From: Candidatus Niyogibacteria bacterium RIFCSPLOWO2_12_FULL_41_13
GTDB taxonomy: Bacteria; Patescibacteriota; Minisyncoccia; 2-12-FULL-41-13
Length of the DNA: 56,538 bases
Assembly (NCBI GenBank): GCA_001821615.1
Contig: MHMS01000006.1
Span: forward strand, 1-56,538
Direction of reading: 5' to 3'
Made by a program: the position numbers and the translations under genes. Every line of letters starts with the position of its first letter. Position 1 is the first letter of the stretch. The notes below the pieces were generated by a model. It ran no database searches. It was not told the origin of the DNA and saw nothing but the letters and a program-made list of their open reading frames with translations. Below, in pieces: positions 34,505 to 42,111 of the stretch.

Positions 34505-35029
34505 TTAAATAGAAAACGCCACTTCTTTTCCAAACTCAACAAGAACAAGCCTATTGAGATGAAAGGGATGCTCTCTTTGCGAAAATATTTCAGCAAAGTT
34601 TTTGGCATCGTTTTCTTGATTAAAATAAAGAGGGGTGAAACTACCCACAAAACTGCAAAAGCCAATATTAACCCCGTCATACTCAACCATCCAATTTGCT
34701 CTTCTCATAGAGGAGAGAACGCCCAATCCTTTCAAAATAAAAAGCATGTCATTTGCCTGAGGAATATGATTTTCATTTCCCCTCCTTGCGCCCTCATACA
34801 GAAGATAAAGATGTTCCCAATCTACACTAATAATCCGCCCTGTTTGATCTTGCTTTATTAACTCTTCATCAAGCAAAATCTGTAATCTTTTTTCAAAGTC
34901 ATTAATTGCGCAAGCTTTGCAGACAAGAGCATCCTTAAAGACAGAACACCTTCTGCCATTGGGTATGGTGGAAAAATGAATTCTCTGAGCTGGTCTTGAT
35001 TCTTTGCCGCAATAACGACAGGTAAACAT
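34505..35029 (-). CDS. hypothetical protein with N-terminal CxxC...CxxC zinc ribbon
   Basis: 174 aa with CRYCGK...CKAC. Confidence 0.45.
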   Translation of the reverse strand: MFTCRYCGKESRPAQRIHFSTIPNGRRCSVFKDALVCKACAINDFEKRLQILLDEELIKQDQTGRIISVDWEHLYLLYEGARRGNENHIPQANDMLFILKGLGVLSSMRRANWMVEYDGVNIGFCSFVGSFTPLYFNQENDAKNFAEIFSQREHPFHLNRLVLVEFGKEVAFSI

Positions 35030-35132
35030 TTTTCAGCCTCCTTTCAAACAGTCAAACAGTTGTGTAAATTAACTAAATTCTATAAAAGAGATTATACAAA
35101 TATTAATATTAAGTCAATACTTTTAAAAAGAG

Positions 35133-36476
35133 TCAAATTTCAAAAACATCGCCGTATTTTGGAATAACGACTTCGCGGCCGAGATTGTCGCGGATTAACT
35201 GGGCCAAAAAGAAACTGGCTCTGGGCTCGGAGTGGATTAAAAAAACTTTTTCAAGATTGTCTTTTGCCTGTTCAATGAATTCAAAAAGTTCGTTGTAATC
35301 GGCGTGGGCGGAAAAACCGGAGATGCTTTCAATTCTCGCCCTTACATCAATAATTTTTCCGTGAATAACGATTTTTTTTATCCCCTCTTTTAATCTCCTG
35401 CCAAGCGAGCCGACGGCTTGATAACTTACGATAAGCAAGGTTGAATTCGGGTCGGACAAATAGCGTTCTTCATGAAATAATATTCTTCCGCCTTCGGACA
35501 TTCCCGAGCCGGCAAGAATGATTTTCGGAGAAGGAACATCGTTGATTTTCTTGGATTCTTCAACGCTCGGAGTCAATGTAAGCCCCGAGAAATTAAAAAT
35601 ATCGTCAATTTTCATCTGGGACTTGACATCAAGATTAAAATAGCGGCTATGCTGTTTATAAACATCAAGCGCTTTAATGGCCAGAGGAGAATCAATAAAA
35701 GCGGGAAAACGGGGCACTCTTCCCCGCTCTATTAAATTATTTATTTCAAAAAGAAGCTCCTGGGTTCGCTCCAAAGAAAAAGCGGGAATCATCAGGACTC
35801 CTTTTTTGTTCATTGTGTCTTCTATGACTCTCTCTAATTTTATTTTTCTTTCCGACACGCCCTCGTGAAGAGAGTCGCCGTAAAGACTGTCGGCGATTAA
35901 AAAATTCGCGTCTTGAATCTTCTCGGGCGGTTTTAAAAGGTCGGATGATTTGTTTCCGAGGTCTCCCGTAAAAACTACTTTCTTTCCTCCGTGGAGAACT
36001 TCCACCATTGCCGAACCCAAAATATGGCCGGCTTCCAAAAATCTAAACTCAAAATCGGGGAAGGCGATTTTTTCGCCGTATTCGGCGCTTTTCCAGAGAG
36101 TAAGCGCCTTTTTCACATCCTCCATTTTATAAAGCGGGGCTATTTTTTGTTCTTCCGCTTCCCTTTTCATCAAAGATTGGCTGTCTTCCAGCATTATTTT
36201 TGACAAATCCCGCGTTGGCTCTGTTGAGTAAATTTTTCCCTGAAAGCCGTCTTTAACGAGTTTTGGAATTCTGCCGATGTGGTCAATATGAGAATGGGTG
36301 ACGAAAACCGCTTCTATTTCTTTTGGATTAAAAGGAAACGGGTCGTGATTTTGCCTTTCGCAAAGCCGGGCGCATTGCCATAATCCGCAATCAATCAGAA
36401 ATTTCGCCTGTTTATTCTCCAATAAGAAACACGAGCCGGTTACTTCCTGGCTCGCGCCATAAAAATGGATTTTCAT
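35133..36476 (-). CDS. MBL-fold beta-CASP RNA-metabolising hydrolase
   Basis: THSHIDHIGRIP motif and the C-terminal beta-CASP/RMMBL pattern (SGFSAHAD). Confidence 0.85.
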   Translation of the reverse strand: MKIHFYGASQEVTGSCFLLENKQAKFLIDCGLWQCARLCERQNHDPFPFNPKEIEAVFVTHSHIDHIGRIPKLVKDGFQGKIYSTEPTRDLSKIMLEDSQSLMKREAEEQKIAPLYKMEDVKKALTLWKSAEYGEKIAFPDFEFRFLEAGHILGSAMVEVLHGGKKVVFTGDLGNKSSDLLKPPEKIQDANFLIADSLYGDSLHEGVSERKIKLERVIEDTMNKKGVLMIPAFSLERTQELLFEINNLIERGRVPRFPAFIDSPLAIKALDVYKQHSRYFNLDVKSQMKIDDIFNFSGLTLTPSVEESKKINDVPSPKIILAGSGMSEGGRILFHEERYLSDPNSTLLIVSYQAVGSLGRRLKEGIKKIVIHGKIIDVRARIESISGFSAHADYNELFEFIEQAKDNLEKVFLIHSEPRASFFLAQLIRDNLGREVVIPKYGDVFEI

Positions 36477-36501
36477 TATAAAAATTTAACAAGAATATTT
36501 T

Positions 36502-37587
36502 TTATACCTTTTTCGCTCTTCTTAAAAAGGCCGGCACTGATTCCCAATCATCGTCTGACTTTCCGGTTCTTGGCTGGATTTTCGGTTTATCTCCGCCCAA
36601 ATCAAGCGGCAGATTGAAAGTGTCCTGTTTTTGCGGAAACTTGGCGGCTATGACCGTTATTTTAATTTCCTCTTTTTTTAAATTCGGGTCGTGAAGCGCG
36701 CCAAAAATAATTTTCGCCTGGCGGTCAACCGATTCGGTGATTATTCTTGCGGCTTCTTGAATTTCCCACATTGTCAAATCAGGACCTCCCGCAACCGCGA
36801 AAAGCACTCCTTGCGCGCCGTGTATTGACAAATCAAGCAAAGGAGAATTAACGGCAAGCTGAGCGGCCGATTCGGCTCTTTTTTCTCCTTGAGCGACTCC
36901 GATTCCCATCAAAGCCGTTCCCGCGTCTTTCAAAACCGTTTTGACATCGGCGAAATCAATGTTAATAATGCCCGGAATGGTGATTATGTCGGAAATTCCC
37001 TGCACGGCTTGACGTAAAACTTCGTCGCAAACAACGAAAGCGCTGAGAAAAGTCGTGTCTTTCGCCACGATTGAAAGCAACTTTTCATTGGGAACGACGA
37101 TAACCGCGTCCACTTCTTCTTTTAATCTCGCGAGTCCTTCTTCTGCCAATCTCATTCTTTCCTGGCCTTCAAAATGAAACGGCCTTGTGACAACGCCGAT
37201 GGTTAAAGCCCCAATTTTGTTTTTTGCGATATTTGCCACCACCGGCGCCGCGCCCGTGCAAGTTCCTCCACCCATTCCGCCGGCGATAAAAATCATATCC
37301 GCGCCCTTGAGCGATTCTTCTATTTCTCCGGAATTTTCTTCAGCCGAAGCGCGGCCGATTTCCGGATTCATTCCGGCGCCAAGCCCCTTGGTCAGTTGTT
37401 TTCCGATTTGAACTTTTTTTGGCGCGAAACTGTGATGAAGGTCTTGAGCGTCGGTGTTTATGCCGATAAATTCAACTCCTTTGACTTTGGAGTGAATCAT
37501 ATGGTCAACGGCATTGCAACCCGAGCCGCCCACGCCAACCACTTTTATTTTTCCCGATATTTCAAAATCCGGTTTAATGTGAGCCAT
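36502..37587 (-). CDS. ftsZ: cell division protein FtsZ
   Basis: GGGTCTGAAPV tubulin signature and NTDAQ motif. Confidence 0.95.
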   Translation of the reverse strand: MAHIKPDFEISGKIKVVGVGGSGCNAVDHMIHSKVKGVEFIGINTDAQDLHHSFAPKKVQIGKQLTKGLGAGMNPEIGRASAEENSGEIEESLKGADMIFIAGGMGGGTCTGAAPVVANIAKNKIGALTIGVVTRPFHFEGQERMRLAEEGLARLKEEVDAVIVVPNEKLLSIVAKDTTFLSAFVVCDEVLRQAVQGISDIITIPGIINIDFADVKTVLKDAGTALMGIGVAQGEKRAESAAQLAVNSPLLDLSIHGAQGVLFAVAGGPDLTMWEIQEAARIITESVDRQAKIIFGALHDPNLKKEEIKITVIAAKFPQKQDTFNLPLDLGGDKPKIQPRTGKSDDDWESVPAFLRRAKKV

Positions 37588-37589
37588 AC

Positions 37590-37676
37590 TTAATAAAAAT
37601 TTCTAATTTCTAATATCTAATTTCTAAATAATCCAAAATTCAAAATCCCAAATCCTAAACTTTTCAATTCTAAACC
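37590..37676. repeat. 7-nt periodic AT-rich array upstream of ftsZ
   Basis: tttctaa tttctaa tatctaa tttctaa ataatcc aaaattc aaaatcc caaatcc. Partly duplicated at 39132-39181. Confidence 0.6.
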
Positions 37677-37696
37677 TTAATTAAAGAATAATCAAA

Positions 37697-38008
37697 TTAT
37701 TTCCTGTTTATTATTTTTGATTCAAGGAGAGCCACTCTTTTTGTTAAAATTTCAAATTCTTCAAAATCAACTTTTTTTCGCAAAGAGTTTTTAATTATTT
37801 CCATATTCATTTTTATCATCACTATGTCTTCGGTATTTTTTGCCACCATTTCGCGAAGGATAACGAGTTGTTCCTGAATTCCGCCGACAGATTCCGCCAA
37901 TAATTTCATATCAGACCTCAAATCCTCGGCCACTATGTCAAAATGCCGCCGAGTTTCCTCGCTCTGCTTTTTAATAAACGATTTCAATTTTTCCTCATTG
38001 ATTTCCAT
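37697..38008 (-). CDS. small coiled-coil hypothetical protein (inserted ORF)
   Basis: 103 aa. The ORF is bounded within 1 nt by 19-bp direct repeats (37677-37695, 38008-38026). Confidence 0.55.
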   Translation of the reverse strand: MEINEEKLKSFIKKQSEETRRHFDIVAEDLRSDMKLLAESVGGIQEQLVILREMVAKNTEDIVMIKMNMEIIKNSLRKKVDFEEFEILTKRVALLESKIINRK

Positions 38009-38047
38009 TAATCAAAGAATAAACAATGGTTTAAAAATAGTCAAAAC

Positions 38048-38076
38048 TTGACAAAATTTTGGGAATTTGCTATTCT
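38048..38076 (+). promoter_or_regulatory. sigma70-type promoter (cassette copy 1)
   Basis: TTGACA-17 nt-TATTCT, within a ~120-bp block duplicated at 39182-39303. Confidence 0.55.
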
Positions 38077-38131
38077 TTTTGCAGGATTTATTCTTTATTT
38101 TTAAGGTCTTTAACTAAAAGGAAGGTGGAAA

Positions 38132-38341
38132 ATGGAAATTTTTCTTATAGTAGGATTCTTTGGTGTTATGAGTTTTTTATGCGCCGCTATGGTCGGGGCT
38201 TCTTATCAACGCGGGTTCCCAATGGATAAAATGGGATTGATGCTGTGTCTAACCCTTTTCCTGATAATTAATGGACTCATGTTGATTGCGTTTGCAGAGT
38301 ACAGAAGGACATTAGGCGAGACGAAGGTGTTTGGGCAATAG
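38132..38341 (+). CDS. small two-TM membrane protein
   Basis: 69 aa with a GGAAGGTGG RBS. Confidence 0.5.
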   Translation: MEIFLIVGFFGVMSFLCAAMVGASYQRGFPMDKMGLMLCLTLFLIINGLMLIAFAEYRRTLGETKVFGQ

Positions 38342-38352
38342 AAGGAAATAAA

Positions 38353-38538
38353 ATGTATTGGGTGGTTTCCCAAACGAAAGTGGATCTTCCTGGAGAGGAA
38401 GAAACCAGTATAATAGCATTGATACACGCGGATAAAAGTAATAAAGTCATGGTCTTCAGGGTCCCCCAAGAATTGCCCCCTTTCTTTATAAAGGTACAGA
38501 TAGAAGGAGGGAAAATAGAATATCTCCCCTATCCTTAG
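38353..38538 (+). CDS. small hypothetical protein
   Basis: 61 aa with an AAGGAA RBS, 11 nt after the upstream stop. Confidence 0.4.
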   Translation: MYWVVSQTKVDLPGEEETSIIALIHADKSNKVMVFRVPQELPPFFIKVQIEGGKIEYLPYP

Positions 38539-38640
38539 CCAAGCTCCTAAATTTAAAGCCACACTCCCCTATATACATAGGCGAGTGTGGCTCTTTAATT
38601 TTATAGATAAAACTTGTGTTATAATTTATGTATGATATTT

Positions 38641-38907
38641 TTATTCTTTATATATTTTATCTCGGCGGCCAATATGGTGAATTGTAATTAATTTCTTTAA
38701 TATTTCTATTTCGTATATTATTCTCCAATCGCCAACTCGCAATTTAAAAAATCCTTTCCATTCGCCGCCAAGCGGAATTGGAATAATTTTATCAAAATTT
38801 TCCTTAAACCATTTTAATTTTTCCAAAATGCGCTGGCGAATTTGTTCGTCTAACTTGTCTAAATCTGCTTCGGCTTCCGAAGTAATGATAAACTTCCAGT
38901 CCGCCAT
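38641..38907 (-). CDS. RelE/ParE-family type II toxin
   Basis: 88 aa. ...LDKLDEQIRQRILEKL...FKLRVGDWRIIYEI...ITIHHIGRRDKIY is a typical RelE/ParE pattern. Confidence 0.8.
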   Translation of the reverse strand: MADWKFIITSEAEADLDKLDEQIRQRILEKLKWFKENFDKIIPIPLGGEWKGFFKLRVGDWRIIYEIEILKKLITIHHIGRRDKIYKE

Positions 38908-38912
38908 AAATT

Positions 38913-39122
38913 TTACAACTGGTATTTTGCAAAAATTTTTTCCAAGCTTCTATATCTGCCGATTTTTTTTGAATGAACTGATTTTTTAATTCTTTTTATC
39001 GCGTCTTTGCCTAAAACAAGACCGGCGTCGGGATCGCTCAGCAACTCTCGCATTGCCTCCGCAATTTGCCGGCGAATAATTGTATTTATGCGTCCTTCTC
39101 AATTTTTTATTAGAGTAGCCAT
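38913..39122 (-). pseudogene. putative antitoxin with in-frame TGA at codon 8
   Basis: ATG GCT ACT CTA ATA AAA AAT TGA GAA GGA... continues in frame for 61 more codons to a TAA 5 nt before the toxin ATG. Confidence 0.5.
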
Positions 39123-39221
39123 ATCCAAATAATGTCTAATTTCTAAATAATCCAAAATCCCGAACTTTTAAATTCTAAACCTTAATCAAAGAATAAACAA
39201 TGGTTTAAAAATAGTCAAAAC

Positions 39222-39250
39222 TTGACAGAATTTTGAGAATTTGCTATCCT
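39222..39250 (+). promoter_or_regulatory. sigma70-type promoter (cassette copy 2)
   Basis: TTGACA-17 nt-TATCCT. Paralogue of 38048-38076. Confidence 0.55.
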
Positions 39251-39309
39251 TTTTGCAGGATTTGTTATATTTTCTGGTCTTTAACTAAGAAACTAAGAGG
39301 AGGTTGGGA

Positions 39310-39579
39310 ATGAGATTGGGAAGAATACTTTCTGCTCTTTGTTTTATCTTGTGCGCTGTTCTTGGGGCTTACTGTTGTGTAGACATCATAATCGCGACGA
39401 ATGAGCCCTGGAATGAAGAACTTAGAGCTAATAGGGCGTTCTTAGCAGTCATGTACTTCATAATATCATGTATGATGTATATTATTTATTTATCTATGGA
39501 TACTGATGATTACTTGAAAAAAAGTGTACTAGGTAATTTCCCAAATCGAAAAAAGGCCACGTCCTGCACATGCAGATAA
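39310..39579 (+). CDS. small Cys-rich two-TM membrane protein
   Basis: 89 aa from the ATG at 39310. AAGAGGAGG RBS 6 nt upstream. Confidence 0.5.
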   Translation: MRLGRILSALCFILCAVLGAYCCVDIIIATNEPWNEELRANRAFLAVMYFIISCMMYIIYLSMDTDDYLKKSVLGNFPNRKKATSCTCR

Positions 39580-39612
39580 GCGTGGCTCTTTTAATTTTAT
39601 AGATAAAACTTG

Positions 39613-39621
39613 TGTTATAAT
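39613..39621 (+). promoter_or_regulatory. extended -10 promoter, leaderless-type, for recG
   Basis: TGTTATAAT-ttatgt-ATG, with 6 nt to the recG ATG at 39628. An identical block is duplicated at 38619-38636. Confidence 0.55.
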
Positions 39622-39627
39622 TTATGT

Positions 39628-41808
39628 ATGTTTCTCCAAGAACCTCTTGAAAAATATCTTTATCTGAACAAAAAACAAAAATTCGTTCTTCAAAAAGCCG
39701 GATTTAATAAAGTTGAGGATTTGCTCCGCCATTTTCCGAACGACTATAAAAAATTCGTTTCGCTGAAAAAAATACGGGAATTGAAACCGGATGAAGAAGC
39801 GAGAATAGGGGCGAAAATTTTATCAAGCAAACTCAAGAGAAGCTGGAAAAAAAGAATTCCGGTTGTTGAATTTTTGGTTCAGGATGAAAGCGGAATTCTG
39901 CGGATTACTTGGTTCAATCAGCCGTATTTGGCAAAAACATTAAAACAAGGAGAATTTTATTATTTCACCGGAAAAATTTATCGCGACAAATCCGGTTCAT
40001 TGATGATAAATCCCGTCTGGGCGCTTTCCGCCGATAGGCAAGAAAAAGAAATTGAGGAAATTTCCAACGAAGAAAAATTTTATCCGGTTTATCCTGAAAT
40101 TTACGGATTATCCAGCCGATGGATTGCCGAAAAAATCAAAAAACTGCTCTTGGAAATCAAAGATATTGATTTGCCCGAAATTTTGCCGAAATTCATCCTT
40201 CAAAAATATCATCTTCCGGATTTTAAAACCAGCGTTTTCGCGGCTCATCAGCCGAAAAATCCGAAACATTTTGAAGCCGTCAAAAAACGCTTTTCTTTTG
40301 AAGAAATTTTTTTATTGCAATTGTCGCGGCTTAAAGAAAAAATCTCCCGCAAAAAACTTCCGGCCTTTGAAATGAAAATCAGCCGGAAAGAAATAAATTC
40401 ATTCATTAAGTTTTTTGATTTTGAACTGACAAACGCTCAAAAAAAAGCCGTTAAAACGCTCTTGGACGACCTAAAAAAACCGGAATCAATGACAAGATTG
40501 CTTGAAGGAGATGTTGGCTCCGGAAAAACGGCGGTTGCGATTATTATTTCTTACGCCGCGCTAAAATCCGGTTATCAAATCGCTTATATGGCGCCGACCG
40601 AAGTTTTGGCCCGCCAAATTTACGAAGAATTTATAAAATTTTTAAAACCCTTCCGCGCCAAAATCGGACTCCTTACTTCTTCTCAAAGCCGAAAATATCC
40701 GTCAAAAGCTTTTCCAAACAAAGATACGCAAATTTCAAAAAATCAGCTGTTGAAATGGGTTTTAGGCGGCGAAATTCCCGTTTTAATAGGAACTCACAGT
40801 TTAACCTATGAAAAAGTGAAATTTAACAAGCTTGGGCTTGTCATTATAGACGAACAGCACCGTTTCGGAATCAAACAAAGAGGGCTTTTAGCAAAAAAAA
40901 CTTCAAAAGAATTGCCCTCCATTCCCCATCTTCTTTCAATGACCGCCACGCCGATTCCAAGAACATTGGCGCTTACCATTTACGGCGACCTTGATTTGAC
41001 ATTGCTTGATGAAATGCCCCCAGGCAGAAAAAAAATCAAAACCATAATCGTGCCGCCGGAACAGAGAGAAAGAGCCTATGAGATGATGAGAGAAGAAATA
41101 AAAAACGGAAGGCAAGCGTATGTGGTCTGTCCGAGAATAGAACAAAAATCGCAAATCGCAAAGCGCAAAGCGCAAAGCGCAAAATTTGAAGAAAAACTTC
41201 ATCAAGAACCGGAGGAAGAAATAAAAGCGGTAAAGAGCGAATATAAAAGATTGAGCGAGAAAATTTTTCCGGAATTAAAACTTGGGATTTTACACGGCCG
41301 GCTTTTGCCAAAAGAAAAAGAAGAAGTCATAAAAAAATTTAAAAAAGGCGAAATTCAGATTTTAACAAGCACTTCGGTTATTGAAGTGGGCATAAATATC
41401 CCGAATGCCACAATGATTTTAATAGAAGGCGCGGAAAGATTCGGTTTAGCGCAATTACACCAATTAAGAGGCCGGGTCTTGAGAAGCGTCTATCAGCCGT
41501 ATTGCTTTATTTTCACCGAACATTCATCGCAAAAAATACTGGCTCGCTTAAACGCCTTGACTAAATCGCAAAACGGATTTGAACTCGCGGAATACGATTT
41601 AAAATTCCGCGGTCCCGGGGAACTGACCGGCGCAAAACAATGGGGAATTTCTGATATCGGAATGCTCGGCCTTAAAAACCTCAAAATGGTTGAAGCGGCG
41701 AGAACCGAAGCCGAAGAACTCCTGCGAGAAGATTTTGAACTCAAAAATTATCCGTTGTTAAAGGAAACAATTTCAAAATTATCGCGTTCCCCCGTCCATT
41801 TAGAATAA
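39628..41808 (+). CDS. recG: ATP-dependent DNA helicase RecG
   Basis: Wedge/OB N-terminus, GDVGSGKT Walker A, DEQHRFG, and helicase C motifs. The start is taken at MFLQEPLEKY. Confidence 0.9.
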   Translation: MFLQEPLEKYLYLNKKQKFVLQKAGFNKVEDLLRHFPNDYKKFVSLKKIRELKPDEEARIGAKILSSKLKRSWKKRIPVVEFLVQDESGILRITWFNQPYLAKTLKQGEFYYFTGKIYRDKSGSLMINPVWALSADRQEKEIEEISNEEKFYPVYPEIYGLSSRWIAEKIKKLLLEIKDIDLPEILPKFILQKYHLPDFKTSVFAAHQPKNPKHFEAVKKRFSFEEIFLLQLSRLKEKISRKKLPAFEMKISRKEINSFIKFFDFELTNAQKKAVKTLLDDLKKPESMTRLLEGDVGSGKTAVAIIISYAALKSGYQIAYMAPTEVLARQIYEEFIKFLKPFRAKIGLLTSSQSRKYPSKAFPNKDTQISKNQLLKWVLGGEIPVLIGTHSLTYEKVKFNKLGLVIIDEQHRFGIKQRGLLAKKTSKELPSIPHLLSMTATPIPRTLALTIYGDLDLTLLDEMPPGRKKIKTIIVPPEQRERAYEMMREEIKNGRQAYVVCPRIEQKSQIAKRKAQSAKFEEKLHQEPEEEIKAVKSEYKRLSEKIFPELKLGILHGRLLPKEKEEVIKKFKKGEIQILTSTSVIEVGINIPNATMILIEGAERFGLAQLHQLRGRVLRSVYQPYCFIFTEHSSQKILARLNALTKSQNGFELAEYDLKFRGPGELTGAKQWGISDIGMLGLKNLKMVEAARTEAEELLREDFELKNYPLLKETISKLSRSPVHLE
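41149..41183. repeat. 5 x heptamer tandem repeat (NCGCAAA) inside recG
   Basis: tcgcaaa tcgcaaa gcgcaaa gcgcaaa gcgcaaa. Confidence 0.8.
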
Positions 41809-41830
41809 AAAAGAGCCTGCGCGGCTCTTT
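41808..41830. terminator. bidirectional hairpin terminator
   Basis: AAAGAGCC-tgcgc-GGCTCTTT between convergent genes. Confidence 0.65.
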
Positions 41831-41839
41831 AAAAAAATA

Positions 41840-42061
41840 TTACTCACCATTCTCGTCGTATCTTCGCGGATAACCACGATCACGAATGACACTTACCACA
41901 TCGTAAGCTGTGTTCTTATTCATCAAATCACCTAAAAACTTCTCAATATCCTCTTTTTTTAATCCGGCAATCAATTTTAATGTTTCCACAAATTTAATTG
42001 CCAATTCATCAGGAATAATATGATTTTTCCTCTCTTCATCTATCCAATGTATTTTTGGCAT
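41840..42061 (-). CDS. hypothetical protein
   Basis: 73-aa ORF with a GGAGG RBS. Confidence 0.45.
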   Translation of the reverse strand: MPKIHWIDEERKNHIIPDELAIKFVETLKLIAGLKKEDIEKFLGDLMNKNTAYDVVSVIRDRGYPRRYDENGE

Positions 42062-42111
42062 TTTTCAGCCTCCTTTAAAAAAGACCAATAAATTATCCTA
42101 AATAAAATATA

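Noticed and set aside
39099-39101. Possibility that TGA is a sense codon (code 4 or 25), given the in-frame TGA in the antitoxin.
   Set aside because: TGA terminates several well-defined genes here (scpB, htpX, the methyltransferase and the GIY-YIG ORF). Long conserved ORFs read correctly with the standard bacterial code.
41149-41183. Heptamer and other short tandem repeats as a possible CRISPR array.
   Set aside because: The units are 7 nt with no spacers. No repeat-spacer architecture and no cas genes occur anywhere in the window.
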